Source: Bacteroidota bacterium (GTDB lineage Bacteria > Bacteroidota > Bacteroidia > Bacteroidales > UBA7960). From it: DNA of 64,000 nucleotides. The DNA is taken from assembly GCA_037441525.1 (NCBI GenBank), contig JBBISA010000001.1:251520-315519 (forward strand). The letters are read 5' to 3'. A model generated the notes under the pieces. The model saw nothing but the letters and a program-made list of their open reading frames with translations, was not told the origin of the DNA and made no database searches. The position numbers were made by a program, and so were the translations under genes. Shown here piece after piece: positions 1 to 11,721 of this stretch. Positions within the stretch are counted from its first letter, which is position 1. The number at the start of each line of letters is the position of its first letter.

Positions 1-962
1 TTGCATTGAACAGGGTAGATGAATTCGTGACTTTTTCACAAAATGTTGGGGTAGGAAATATTACGGCCGCACAACAGGATTCTCTCACCTACATTGCTGC
101 CGAAAACCGTTATATGCAAGGTGATTGCACCAATGCTGTAAAAAGTTTTGAAAGCTATCTCGAAAGATTTCCCAGAGGTGTTTTCGCCATTAATGCTCAT
201 TTTTATAAAGCAGAATGTGATTTCAGGTTTAACGAATTCAACAAGGCACTTGCATCATATCAATTCGTATTAGACCGGCCAAAATCCAAATTTTCGGAGA
301 ATGCTGCCTTGCGTGCCGCTCAAATCAATTTCAGACTAAACCAGTTCCAGGCAGCCCTTAATAATTTTGAAACCCTGGAACAAATTGCCGAGTTCCCAAG
401 TAATATTATCGAAGCACAGGCCGGCCAGCTCAGATCGCTTGATAAGCTTGAGAGATTTGACCAAACTATCGCTTTAGGCCATAAACTTTTGCAAAACGAT
501 AAAATAAGTCGCGAGTTAAGGCAGGAAGTTCATCTGCTTACCGCCAGGGCACACATGGGTAGAAATAATCTCGATCAAGCAAGAGTTTCATTCACAGAGG
601 TAAACCGAATTGGTGAAAATGTTATGGCGGCTGAGGCTAAATACTACCTGGCCCTCATTGATTTCAGAAGAGGCAATTACCAGCAAACCGAAAAGTTTAT
701 TTTTGATAATGTAAACAAACTTGCATCTTACGACTACTGGCTGGCCAGAACCTTTTTACTTCTTGCCGATAATTATCTGATTCAGGAGAACATTTTTCAG
801 GCCCGACACACCCTTCAGAGTATAATTGACAATTACGATGGTGAAGATCTTCGTAATGAAGCAATACGCAAACTTGCTGAAATTGATCGTAATGAAGAAC
901 TAAAACGTATCGGACGCCAGGCCGACCCACCTGAAATTAACTTCGGTAATCGGCGCAATTAA
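1..962 (+). CDS. TPR-repeat protein, C-terminal portion (gene starts upstream of window)
   Basis: The frame is open to the window edge (listed ORF 6..962). It has degenerate 34-aa helical repeats rich in A/Y/F/L (e.g. AINAHFYKAECDFRFNEFNKALASYQFVL; AAEAKYYLALIDFRRGNYQQTEKF). No catalytic motif recognised. Confidence 0.55.
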   Translation, partial: ALNRVDEFVTFSQNVGVGNITAAQQDSLTYIAAENRYMQGDCTNAVKSFESYLERFPRGVFAINAHFYKAECDFRFNEFNKALASYQFVLDRPKSKFSENAALRAAQINFRLNQFQAALNNFETLEQIAEFPSNIIEAQAGQLRSLDKLERFDQTIALGHKLLQNDKISRELRQEVHLLTARAHMGRNNLDQARVSFTEVNRIGENVMAAEAKYYLALIDFRRGNYQQTEKFIFDNVNKLASYDYWLARTFLLLADNYLIQENIFQARHTLQSIIDNYDGEDLRNEAIRKLAEIDRNEELKRIGRQADPPEINFGNRRN

Positions 963-980
963 TGACTTTAAACCCAACAG

Positions 981-2726
981 ATGATTTCTAATCAAAAACT
1001 TAATATCATGTACAGGTTTCTTTCAACCCGATATATTTTACAGGCAATTTTATTTTTCAGTTTTATTTTGGGAATAAACATTGCCTTTGCCCAGCAGCTT
1101 CAAATGGAAGAAGTTAAGGTTGTGGCTCCATTTGAACCCACTATTTCTGATGCCTTTAAAATTAATTTCAACCCCGCCATCGAAGATACTATCAAGGTTA
1201 ATATAGCTTTCAATTATTCCATCAATCCCCAGGTAATTCCTGTTAAATTCAACATGGAACCCCTCACGGCCGCCCGAATGCGTGGCGAACCACTGCAGAA
1301 ATTATACAAAGGACTCGTAAAGGGAGGGATCGGAAACTATAAATCGCCCTATGGAGAATTGTTTTACAACACCTTGCGCTCCAATGAGTATCATTATGGT
1401 ATTCACGCCAAACACCTTTCATCAGGCGGTGGAATAAACGATTATGCTTATAGCGGAAACAGCGATAATCAGGCTAAACTTTACGGGATGAGATTTTTCA
1501 GAAACCATACCCTGTATGCCGACGTTGATTATAACCGCAATACTCTGCATTATTATGGTTTTAAACCCGATGAAATAACCGATCGCGAGTTAATTGACAC
1601 CCTCGGCAGAAAGGACTACCGTCAAAGATTTAATTATGTTTCGCCCGGCATTGGGTTTAGAAGCAATTATCTCGATTCATTGAAACTTCAGCATAGTTTA
1701 AACCTTCGATATTATTTTTATAACGACAGGTATGATGCCAGCGAGCAAAATGTAAACTTAACCAGTCAGTTAAGAAAAACTTTCAAGGAAGATATAATTG
1801 GACTTGACAACCGACAGACCTTTCAGCTCGACCTTGAAGCCGATTATTTCCTTAACAAACATAACCTTGACTCGTTGCGACATACCGGGTTGTTTAAAGT
1901 TGCACCAATACTTTCATCGCGCTACGATGTTTTCGATTTTTATGTGGGTATTAACACCAAAATCCAGGTAGATACAGTGAACCAGATAGAGTTTTATCCT
2001 TTGGCCGGGGCTCAGGTAGACCTGATAAAAGATGTGTTGTTTGCCTATGTAACCTTATCGGGCGATTTAACCAAACACACTATGCGGAATCTCACGCAAA
2101 CCAATCCTTTCATAATTACCTCTGCCCCTTATGGTTTTATGAACCGAAAGGCTGAAATAAGGGGGGGCTTTAAAGGTTCGATTAGCTCGTTTGCTTCCTA
2201 CAATGTAACTCTCAGCAACAGCGAAATCGATAATTATCCCTTCTTTGTAACCGATTTTTCATCACCATTGGCTAACCAGTTCAATGTGATTTACGATAAG
2301 GTAAAAGTCTTTAATTTCCGGACTGAAATTTTCTCAAACATTGGAGAACGGGTAAAAGTCAGATTCCTTTCAGACTATTACCAGTTTACCCCCGAAAATG
2401 AACTCGAAGCCTGGCATGAACCCACACTTCGATTTACCCTTAATGTTAAATATAATATTCAGGATAAGATTATCTTCAATGTGGATGGATTTGCCCGGAA
2501 CTCCACTTTTGCACGTATACCCGATACCGAATCCACTCTGGGTTTCAGAAGTGAGAAGATACATGGTTTCCATGTTGATGCCAATCTTGGCATTGAATAC
2601 CGCTATACCAAAGTTTTATCGGTATTTCTTCACCTGAACAATATGCAGAACCAATCGCTCGTTCGCTGGTACAATTACCCGTCGCACCGATTTAATGTAA
2701 TGGGCGGTGTTACCTATGCATTTTAG
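981..2726 (+). CDS. Putative outer-membrane beta-barrel protein, function unknown
   Basis: 581-aa ORF with a signal-like N-terminus (...FFSFILGINIAFAQQ) and a Tyr/Asn/Gly-rich alternating pattern. The C-terminus GGVTYAF ends in Phe, as in OM beta-barrels. An alternative start is ATG 1008. A hairpin terminator follows. Confidence 0.55.
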   Translation: MISNQKLNIMYRFLSTRYILQAILFFSFILGINIAFAQQLQMEEVKVVAPFEPTISDAFKINFNPAIEDTIKVNIAFNYSINPQVIPVKFNMEPLTAARMRGEPLQKLYKGLVKGGIGNYKSPYGELFYNTLRSNEYHYGIHAKHLSSGGGINDYAYSGNSDNQAKLYGMRFFRNHTLYADVDYNRNTLHYYGFKPDEITDRELIDTLGRKDYRQRFNYVSPGIGFRSNYLDSLKLQHSLNLRYYFYNDRYDASEQNVNLTSQLRKTFKEDIIGLDNRQTFQLDLEADYFLNKHNLDSLRHTGLFKVAPILSSRYDVFDFYVGINTKIQVDTVNQIEFYPLAGAQVDLIKDVLFAYVTLSGDLTKHTMRNLTQTNPFIITSAPYGFMNRKAEIRGGFKGSISSFASYNVTLSNSEIDNYPFFVTDFSSPLANQFNVIYDKVKVFNFRTEIFSNIGERVKVRFLSDYYQFTPENELEAWHEPTLRFTLNVKYNIQDKIIFNVDGFARNSTFARIPDTESTLGFRSEKIHGFHVDANLGIEYRYTKVLSVFLHLNNMQNQSLVRWYNYPSHRFNVMGGVTYAF

Positions 2727-2747
2727 CCCGATAAATCAGAACTTTTC

Positions 2748-2781
2748 AGCCCCGTATATGCCATATTCCGGGGCTTTTTTA
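2748..2781 (+). terminator. Rho-independent terminator after the beta-barrel gene
   Basis: Stem AGCCCCG (2748-2754) / CGGGGCT (2769-2775), 14-nt loop, then a T6 run. Confidence 0.6.
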
Positions 2782-2883
2782 TGCCCCTTTACAGATAGTA
2801 ATATAATACTTTTCAACAGATTGTTGATAAGCCCATATCATATTGAATTTCAAATACATAAAAAGCTATAAATGATGGTGTAA

Positions 2884-4932
<2,049 letters not shown>

Positions 4933-4956
4933 TTGCTAATTTATACTTCAGACAAC

Positions 4957-4983
4957 AAAGCCCCTCACATCGGGGCTTTTTTT
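4957..4983 (+). terminator. Rho-independent terminator after gyrB (lies between convergent gyrB and the SNF2 gene)
   Basis: Stem AAAGCCCC (4957-4964) / GGGGCTTT (4972-4979), 7-nt loop, T-run to 4983. Confidence 0.75.
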
Positions 4984-4994
4984 GTGGAGCCGGG

Positions 4995-7900
4995 TCATAG
5001 TAAGTCGCTCAGCTCTTCAATAGAAAGGGTTTTAAGTGGATTGTTGTCGTTTATAAACATCCCGGCAAGGTCCGATTTCTTTTGCTGAAGTTTAAGTATC
5101 TTTTCCTCAACCGTATTGCGGGTAATAAACTTGTATACAAAAACATTTTTTACCTGACCAATGCGATGGGCACGATTAATAGCCTGACGCTCAACCGCCG
5201 GGTTCCACCATGGGTCAAGAATAAACACATAATCGGCTTCGGTAAGGTTTAATCCTAAACCACCCGCTTTGAGCGAAATCAGGAATAGTTGCTTTTTTTC
5301 ACCGCTCTGAAAATCAGTAATCACAGCCTGCCGATCCTTTCCGTCTACTTTCCCGGTTAGATAGCTAAACGGCTGTTCTCTTTGATTAAACTCATCAGCA
5401 AACAAATTCAGGTACTTAACAAACTGGGAAAAAATGAGCACTTTGTGCCCTTCGGCAAGCAAATTTTCTATTGAGCGTATTATCTCAATGTATTTACCTG
5501 AGCCATGAGAAAAAGTGTTGTCAATGATAGAAGGATGATTGGCAATCAGCCTGAGTTTGGTTAAACCACTTAAAATAAAAAACCTGGCCTTATCTACTCC
5601 TTTGTCGTGGAGGCTTTGGGCAATTGCGTTGCGAATTTCAGATTTGCGGGTTTCATAATACTGCTCCTGCTCGGGTGTCATTTCGCAATAATGGATTTTT
5701 TCGCTCAACGGGGGCAGCTCACTGGCCACCTGTTGTTTTGTGCGGCGCAGAATAAATGGCTCAACCAGTTTGTGAAGCTTAGTGCCTGTTTTTTCATCGT
5801 TCCGTTTTTCAATGGGAAAGACAAATTCCTTTTTAAAAAAACTATAACTACCAAGCATTCCAGGGTTGATAAAGGAAAATTGCGACCACAGGTCGGTAAG
5901 AGAGTTTTCGATAGGTGTACCTGTTAAGACCATCCTGAAATCGGTGTTGAGCCTGCGGATAGCCATAAAAATCCTGGATGAGGCATTTTTTATTATCTGG
6001 CTTTCATCGAGAACAATGTAACTAAACTGATACTTTTCAAGCATTTCAATATCGTTTCTAACAGTACCATAGGTGGTCAGCACCAGATGGTAATCATTGA
6101 AGGTATCAGTACTTGTTGCCCTAGCAGTGCCGGTATGCTGGTAAACTTTCAGCCCAGGTGCAAACCGGGTTATCTCCTGTTGCCAGTTATGAACCAACGA
6201 AAGAGGCATAACCACCATGGAGCAATTTCTTGTTTGATTTATAGTGTCAATACTTTCGAAAAGGTTAAGTTGACCTTTTGGCTCAGTTAATTTACCCGCA
6301 GACAAACCATTTGGCTCATCTGAATTTGGGTTTTCAAATATTTCTTCAGAATGTGTTTGTAATAAAATGGCGAGGGTTTGAAGAGTTTTTCCCAACCCCA
6401 TATCATCAGCCAGGCACCCGCCAAGCCTGTTGTTGCGCAAAAACATCATCCAGTTGTATCCATCACGCTGATAATTACGTAACTGTGCGTTCAGGGTTGT
6501 TGGAAGTGAATGGTCAATTAGCTTCCCCCCCCAAAAAAACTGCGGAACTTTTAATCTATCCTGAACAGCTTCGCGCAAAATGGAGTAATGATAGTTCTTT
6601 ATTAGAATAGAATTACCTTTTCTATGCCCAAACTTCACAATGTCTTTATATCTGCTCATCCATTCTTCAGGAATCAGGGCTATGGTGTTGTCGGGCAGAA
6701 CATATTCACGGTTTCCGATGAGTATATTTTCAGTTAAATAGGCAAATGGAATTTCAAACTCACCGAATTGAACCATTCCATAAAGGTCGAACCAATCGTT
6801 TTTAGAACTGGTTTTAAGATTAAGCACATACTTGCCACTTCGGTACGATTTATTAAAAATCACTTTTTCAGTTTCGATACCATTTTTACTTAGTATTTCA
6901 TGGTTCTCGCTAAACCAGTCTATTGTACGTGTTACCTGGTTCTCGATATTGTAAACTGCAGTATTTAACGCTGTTGCTGCTATATTGAAAAGCGAATAAA
7001 AAGGGCCGTCTATTTTATTGATACTAAGTGATCGCAGCAGGTTATCAAGGCTTTTTTCGAAATCTTCATCTCTAACAACCTTGTCAAAAGCAATATCATC
7101 GCCCCCATCTCTGAAACGAACCTTTTCCTTTGCAGGATCATCGAAACGAAAAATATTGCCATTGTTGTAGCGGAAATACAAACCCAGCACTACCCCACCC
7201 TGCCAGTGCTCCTCCATTCGCAATACCGCAACCGGTTTCTGATTTGTAACCCTTACATCGAAACCAATTGCCCTGAAGGGCTGATATAGTATACTTTTCT
7301 GAACAAATTTCTGAAAAAACTGCTTTTCAGCACTTTTGGGTACAATCAGATATTCCTTTTCGAAAAATGGTTGCAATTTTTTCCCATCCCAATCAGGTTC
7401 GAACCTCAATAATTGACCATCGAGTACCAACAGGCAAGGAAAGTTGGTAAGAAGGAACCCGTTCTTTTTGTAAAGCAGTAAGTCATTATCCTCATGCCTG
7501 ACTTCGAGCCGATAGAGAGTGTGTACGGGTAATCGTTCGAAATGGAGACACGTTTCAGCCGTTTTGCGATGGAGCCGAATGGGGGTTTCCTGTATCCGTT
7601 CGTTGCCATCTCCCTTATAATACAGCGGAATTCCGTTCTCAGTAAGATGTTCGGCGCAGGTGTACAATGTTTTCTCAAGAAAAGGGCGAATATAGCGTGT
7701 TATGTAGCCTTCGTCCAGGGTTTCATAAAACCTGCTGATTTTGGGTGATTTTGGATTGAAGCGTTTGCGAAGGTTTTCATCAGAAATACGGTCGAGCATA
7801 TCCAAAACCGTTGAATATTCATCTGGTAATTGGCTAAAATAATCCCATACGGTATTTTTTGTCAGCTTTTTAAAACCATATTCAAATTGGTTTTTTGAAT

Positions 7901-8015
7901 TTCTGACAACAGCAAATGGCTCTATCAGATACCCAAGTGCAATATGCCGGGTAATTGCAAATATCAGTTCGTGATTGACAGAAGATGGTGAGGTTTTTCC
8001 CGGATACATAAACAC
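4995..8015 (-). CDS. SNF2-family DNA/RNA helicase with a long N-terminal SNF2-associated region
   Basis: 1006 aa. Motif I LADDMGLGKTLQT, motif II VLDESQIIKN and motif VI QAINRAHRIGQ in the C-terminal half. The N-terminal ~500 aa has no motif I recognise. Confidence 0.85.
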   Translation of the reverse strand: MFMYPGKTSPSSVNHELIFAITRHIALGYLIEPFAVVRNSKNQFEYGFKKLTKNTVWDYFSQLPDEYSTVLDMLDRISDENLRKRFNPKSPKISRFYETLDEGYITRYIRPFLEKTLYTCAEHLTENGIPLYYKGDGNERIQETPIRLHRKTAETCLHFERLPVHTLYRLEVRHEDNDLLLYKKNGFLLTNFPCLLVLDGQLLRFEPDWDGKKLQPFFEKEYLIVPKSAEKQFFQKFVQKSILYQPFRAIGFDVRVTNQKPVAVLRMEEHWQGGVVLGLYFRYNNGNIFRFDDPAKEKVRFRDGGDDIAFDKVVRDEDFEKSLDNLLRSLSINKIDGPFYSLFNIAATALNTAVYNIENQVTRTIDWFSENHEILSKNGIETEKVIFNKSYRSGKYVLNLKTSSKNDWFDLYGMVQFGEFEIPFAYLTENILIGNREYVLPDNTIALIPEEWMSRYKDIVKFGHRKGNSILIKNYHYSILREAVQDRLKVPQFFWGGKLIDHSLPTTLNAQLRNYQRDGYNWMMFLRNNRLGGCLADDMGLGKTLQTLAILLQTHSEEIFENPNSDEPNGLSAGKLTEPKGQLNLFESIDTINQTRNCSMVVMPLSLVHNWQQEITRFAPGLKVYQHTGTARATSTDTFNDYHLVLTTYGTVRNDIEMLEKYQFSYIVLDESQIIKNASSRIFMAIRRLNTDFRMVLTGTPIENSLTDLWSQFSFINPGMLGSYSFFKKEFVFPIEKRNDEKTGTKLHKLVEPFILRRTKQQVASELPPLSEKIHYCEMTPEQEQYYETRKSEIRNAIAQSLHDKGVDKARFFILSGLTKLRLIANHPSIIDNTFSHGSGKYIEIIRSIENLLAEGHKVLIFSQFVKYLNLFADEFNQREQPFSYLTGKVDGKDRQAVITDFQSGEKKQLFLISLKAGGLGLNLTEADYVFILDPWWNPAVERQAINRAHRIGQVKNVFVYKFITRNTVEEKILKLQQKKSDLAGMFINDNNPLKTLSIEELSDLL

Positions 8016-8115
8016 CTTGAACTTTTAATCCTTTCAAACCTGCAAAGGTATTCAATAAGTGTGTTTGTTTACATGCAATGAACTTTTTTTACATAAATCT
8101 TCTTAAGCCCGAATT

Positions 8116-8145
8116 AGTCATTAGGAAAGCAATGAACTAATGACT
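8116..8145. repeat. Perfect 9-bp inverted repeat in the 454-bp SNF2/gpx intergenic region
   Basis: AGTCATTAG (8116-8124) and CTAATGACT (8137-8145) are separated by 12 nt, about 100 nt upstream of the SNF2 start. Function unknown. Confidence 0.5.
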
Positions 8146-8412
8146 TAGCCAGGATTAACCCCCCTTTAGAAAAACTTAATTTGTAAGCATTTCTGATTAC
8201 ACATATTTAGTTTTTCTTCAGCGATTTGTCAAAATAGAGGTGAAATAATTAATAACTTTAGACTATTAATTTCTAATGAAGGTCATTGGAAAAAATAGCT
8301 AAAAACAAATTTGGGTTAAATAAACCCTGTTTTGCTAATAGTTAAATCCGATGTAAAACTTAAGCCTGGCAATATGCACTTTTCTCTAATGTCTTATCTG
8401 CCAGAATCAGGT

Positions 8413-8440
8413 AAAAAAAACCCACCAATTTCCTGGCGGG
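8413..8440 (-). terminator. Rho-independent terminator after the glutathione peroxidase gene
   Basis: The minus strand reads CCCGCCA-GGAAAT-TGGTGGG (one mismatch) followed by T8 (plus-strand A-run 8413-8420). Confidence 0.6.
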
Positions 8441-8469
8441 TTCAGATTCAGTAAGTGTTTTCTGGATGA

Positions 8470-9036
8470 TTACTTATTAATCCAGGCGATAATCTCTTCT
8501 GCCATAGGGTCTTTTCTTGGTTCAAAATAGCTCACCAGATTGCCCTTTTCATCAATAAGGTATTTCTGAAAATTCCATGAAACTTCCGAATCCATTACTC
8601 CATTTTTGTCTTTCCGGGTTAACCACTGGTAAAGTGGATGCATATCATCACCTTTTACAGATATTTTGGACATCATGGGAAAAGTAACACCATAGTTCTC
8701 CTGGCAAAAAGTGATTATTTCTTCATCGGTGCCTGGCTCCTGGTTGCGGAAGTTATTGGCTGGAAAACCAATTATAACAAAATTTTTGTTGCTATATTGC
8801 CTGTAAAGTTTCTCAAGTCCTTCAAACTGTGGCGTCAGACCGCATTTGGAAGCGGTGTTCACTACCATCACTTTCTTGCCCTTCAAATCGGCCAGATTAA
8901 ATGCATCGCCATATATATCGGTTACCACAAAATCGTGCAATGAAATGCGATTGTGGGTTTCTTTGTTGGGTAAAAATGCCATAAGGGTTATAGAAATAAG
9001 CAATATTACCGGAATAATTAAAACGTACTTTTTCAT
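8470..9036 (-). CDS. Glutathione peroxidase family protein (Cys type), membrane-anchored or secreted
   Basis: 188 aa with a hydrophobic N-terminus. Motifs NTASKCGLTPQ (active-site Cys encoded by TGC), FPANNFRNQEPG and WNFQKYLI. Confidence 0.88.
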   Translation of the reverse strand: MKKYVLIIPVILLISITLMAFLPNKETHNRISLHDFVVTDIYGDAFNLADLKGKKVMVVNTASKCGLTPQFEGLEKLYRQYSNKNFVIIGFPANNFRNQEPGTDEEIITFCQENYGVTFPMMSKISVKGDDMHPLYQWLTRKDKNGVMDSEVSWNFQKYLIDEKGNLVSYFEPRKDPMAEEIIAWINK

Positions 9037-9154
9037 ATCAATATCAATTTGGTTTAAAATAAATCTGAAAATTCATCGTAGAATCCCGATAAACAATCTG
9101 TCTTCCTAACAAAATATTTACATTATTGTTTCGAGACCGATCAATTTTGAAATG

Positions 9155-9162
9155 TACTTTTG
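9155..9162 (+). promoter_or_regulatory. Candidate -7 box (TAnnTTTG) for the cysQ-like gene
   Basis: TACTTTTG lies inside the 5' extension of listed ORF 9126..10049, which argues for the ATG at 9192 as the true start. Confidence 0.4.
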
Positions 9163-9191
9163 CCGAAGCAATTTTCAATCCTATTTTTTTT

Positions 9192-10049
9192 ATGACACCT
9201 TCACATCCCTATTACTATCTGGCCTTGCAGGCTGCTGTAAGAGCAAGCCGGGTAATCATGGAAATCTACAATAATGGTTTCGAAACTGAATTTAAAAAAG
9301 ATGGTTCACCTATAACCACTGCCGACAGGGCATCCAATGATTTAATATTCAATTTATTATCTACTACGGGCTTTGGTTTTATAAGCGAAGAATCGCCCCT
9401 TGAAGACCCCTTAACAAGGCAGCAACACGAGTACACATGGATAGTTGACCCAATAGACGGCACAAAGGAGTTTACTTGTCGAAATGGTGAATTTACCGTT
9501 AATATTGCTTTGGTGCACAAACAGCAATTGGTTTTTGGTATTGTTACGGCACCGGCTATCAACCAGGCTTGGTTTGGATGGATTGGCCATGGAGCATGGA
9601 AAATTAATAAGCTTAATGAAATGGGAATGAACAATACAATTCAATCAACCCACGACATTATTGCCGCAAGCCAGTCTATACAACCCAATTTAAATTCGCA
9701 AAACATTGTTTTTGCTGTTAGCAGATCGCACCTTACCGAAACCACAAAAAAAATGACATCTCTCCTGTTTGGGAACTTCGATCAACTCAACACCATTGCC
9801 ATCGGAAGCTCCATTAAATTCTGTATGGTAGCCGAAGGCAAAGCAGATATCTACCTTAGAGCCGACCCTATAAACGAATGGGATACCGCCGCCGGACATG
9901 CTGTTTTGCTGGCTGCAGGGGGAAGTGTTGTGGGCTGGCCCCATAACAGCCCTATACTCTATAACAAGGATGACCTCATCAATCCCGGATTCGTTGCCAT
10001 GGGCAATAATGGTTTAATCCCTGATTTGCTGGCCAAATTTCCTTCGTAA
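9192..10049 (+). CDS. cysQ: 3'(2'),5'-bisphosphate nucleotidase / inositol monophosphatase family protein
   Basis: Motifs ISEES, WIVDPIDGTKEF and WDTAAGHAVL. The listed ORF begins at 9126, but ATG 9192 (MTPSHPYYY...) fits the upstream promoter box. Confidence 0.8.
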   Translation: MTPSHPYYYLALQAAVRASRVIMEIYNNGFETEFKKDGSPITTADRASNDLIFNLLSTTGFGFISEESPLEDPLTRQQHEYTWIVDPIDGTKEFTCRNGEFTVNIALVHKQQLVFGIVTAPAINQAWFGWIGHGAWKINKLNEMGMNNTIQSTHDIIAASQSIQPNLNSQNIVFAVSRSHLTETTKKMTSLLFGNFDQLNTIAIGSSIKFCMVAEGKADIYLRADPINEWDTAAGHAVLLAAGGSVVGWPHNSPILYNKDDLINPGFVAMGNNGLIPDLLAKFPS

Positions 10050-10907
10050 TAAAGGATAGGAGAATACTGAGATTAATATTATCAGTGTTCCCATGTAAAA
10101 CCCTGCCGACATCTTTTCGCTCTCACCAAAAATAAGGTAGGCCAGAATGATTCCATATACCGGCTCAAGATTAATAGAAAGTACCACAGTGTATGCTGAA
10201 AGAACTTTCATAATTTCAACTATTGCAGTGAAAGCATAAGAGGTACAAAGCAAACTCAGGATTATTAACCAGCCAACATCGGGAAGCGAAAGAAGAAAAA
10301 AACCACCATCCGGATGCGAATAGCCAATATAAAAAACGGAAATAGCTGCAAATCCGCCAATCATTTCGTAAAAACTGATAACCGTTGGATTCCACCGATG
10401 ACTGATATTGCGGTTTAAAACCACAAATAACCCATTTAATAAGGCCGAAATCAGTGAGTATAAAATTCCTTCAAAATAGTTAATCTCAAACCTGAAAATC
10501 AAATAAATACCAAATATTATCACCAATCCTATCAAAACTTCAAGCCAGAATATCTTTCTACCCTGCAAAATTGGCTCAAGAAAACTCGTAAAAAGTGTTG
10601 TAGATGCAAACACACCCAGAGTAACCGATACATTAGATACTTTTATAGCATGGAAAAAGGTTATCCAGTGCAATGCAACCAATATACCTATGGATAGCAG
10701 GTGAAATAGTTGTTTCCTGTTTACTTTGATGGGAATTTTCTGTATCAAAAGAAAAAGATATAATCCCACTGTGGCAAACAACATCCGGTACCAAACCAAT
10801 GCAATGGCATCAAGGGTTATAAGTGCTCCCAAAATGGCAGTAAATCCGAGTAAAATAACAATAAAATGAAGATGAATATACTGTGCTAAATGTTTGCCTG
10901 TGAACAT
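10014..10907 (-). CDS. EamA/DMT-family transporter
   Basis: 297 aa with about 10 hydrophobic helices in two similar halves. The start ATG lies 1 nt after the stop of the upstream ATPase gene (minus strand TAA-T-ATG). Confidence 0.75.
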   Translation of the reverse strand: MFTGKHLAQYIHLHFIVILLGFTAILGALITLDAIALVWYRMLFATVGLYLFLLIQKIPIKVNRKQLFHLLSIGILVALHWITFFHAIKVSNVSVTLGVFASTTLFTSFLEPILQGRKIFWLEVLIGLVIIFGIYLIFRFEINYFEGILYSLISALLNGLFVVLNRNISHRWNPTVISFYEMIGGFAAISVFYIGYSHPDGGFFLLSLPDVGWLIILSLLCTSYAFTAIVEIMKVLSAYTVVLSINLEPVYGIILAYLIFGESEKMSAGFYMGTLIILISVFSYPLLRRKFGQQIRD

Positions 10908-10908
10908 A

Positions 10909-11451
10909 TTAAACTGCTTTGTTTATTTTAATGTAATTATCAATTATTTCGATGGCGTTTTCAAGGCGTTTCCCTCCATTTCCTGATACTACAAAATATG
11001 GGAATTGGTACTGTTCAAGTTCGTGCTTGTACCATCGAAAAAAATAGTCTCTCAGATGCGGATGTTCCCTCTGCACATCAAACTCCCACGGCAGATCAAT
11101 ATTGCACAATAAAAACAAATCATAGGTATTCCTTTCAATCATATCTTCAATCCAACCATGACACTTTTCGAATTTGTGCAAACACCAAATCTTGGTTACA
11201 AGTAACTCCGTATCGCAAAAAACAAATTCCTTGCTGCTTCCCGAACAAACCATAACCTCATTTTCTATCTGCTTGCGGGCAATTACCAATATATCGTCAT
11301 AGCTATAAGCACGATTCAGGTGTGCAATATATTCGCGGGCATATTCTTCATTTATATCACCATTGTAATGCAGGGCAAGAGCCCTGGTCAGAGCCGATTT
11401 TCCGGTTGATTCAGGACCTGTAACAGCAATCTTAAGTGGTTTCTTTTGCAT
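10909..11451 (-). CDS. NadR-type ribosylnicotinamide-kinase-like P-loop ATPase (AAA_28-like)
   Basis: Walker A VTGPESTGKSALT, followed by EYAREY, CDTELLVTKIWC and LPWEFDVQRE blocks that align by eye with the C-terminal kinase domain of NadR. The probable start is ATG 11451; the listed ORF extends to 11523. Confidence 0.65.
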   Translation of the reverse strand: MQKKPLKIAVTGPESTGKSALTRALALHYNGDINEEYAREYIAHLNRAYSYDDILVIARKQIENEVMVCSGSSKEFVFCDTELLVTKIWCLHKFEKCHGWIEDMIERNTYDLFLLCNIDLPWEFDVQREHPHLRDYFFRWYKHELEQYQFPYFVVSGNGGKRLENAIEIIDNYIKINKAV

Positions 11452-11686
11452 AAATATCATCAATATTTTCTTTAACACAGAAAAGCCTTGCTCCAGGACG
11501 ATGAGAAAATATCGGGGCTGCAAAAATAAAACAATAAGCCTATCTTGTTTAAAAAAAAACTATATTAGGCCGGTTCGCCCCGAAAAATATAATAGTTTCA
11601 TTCACTGAATAATATGTACAATAAAAAAAATTAACACCCTGTCAAAATGCCGTGATTTACGGTAAAACGTGGAAAAAATTATTTAC

Positions 11687-11694
11687 TATATTTG
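11687..11694 (+). promoter_or_regulatory. Candidate -7 box (TAnnTTTG) ahead of the signalling block
   Basis: TATATTTG lies 28 nt upstream of the CheR-like ATG at 11722. Confidence 0.4.
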
Positions 11695-11721
11695 TTCCCA
11701 GTTGACTAAAAATACTGATGG

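Noticed and set aside
7396-7405. GGTTCGAACC, a tRNA T-arm-like motif
   Set aside because: It lies inside the SNF2 coding frame. The flanking sequence cannot be folded into acceptor, D or anticodon arms. I saw no tRNA anywhere in the window.
4995-8015. SNF2 helicase as part of a DISARM/BREX-like defence island
   Set aside because: There is no methyltransferase, DUF1998, PLD, PglZ or second helicase gene nearby. The neighbours are gyrB and a peroxidase, so it looks like a conserved stand-alone housekeeping helicase.
8470-9036. Possible selenocysteine glutathione peroxidase
   Set aside because: The active-site residue is encoded by TGC (plus-strand GCA at 8842-8844), not TGA, so it is a Cys enzyme.
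10014-10049. 36-nt convergent overlap of the cysQ-like and EamA 3' ends
   Set aside because: Short 3' overlaps of convergent genes are common in compact genomes, and no additional structure was seen.
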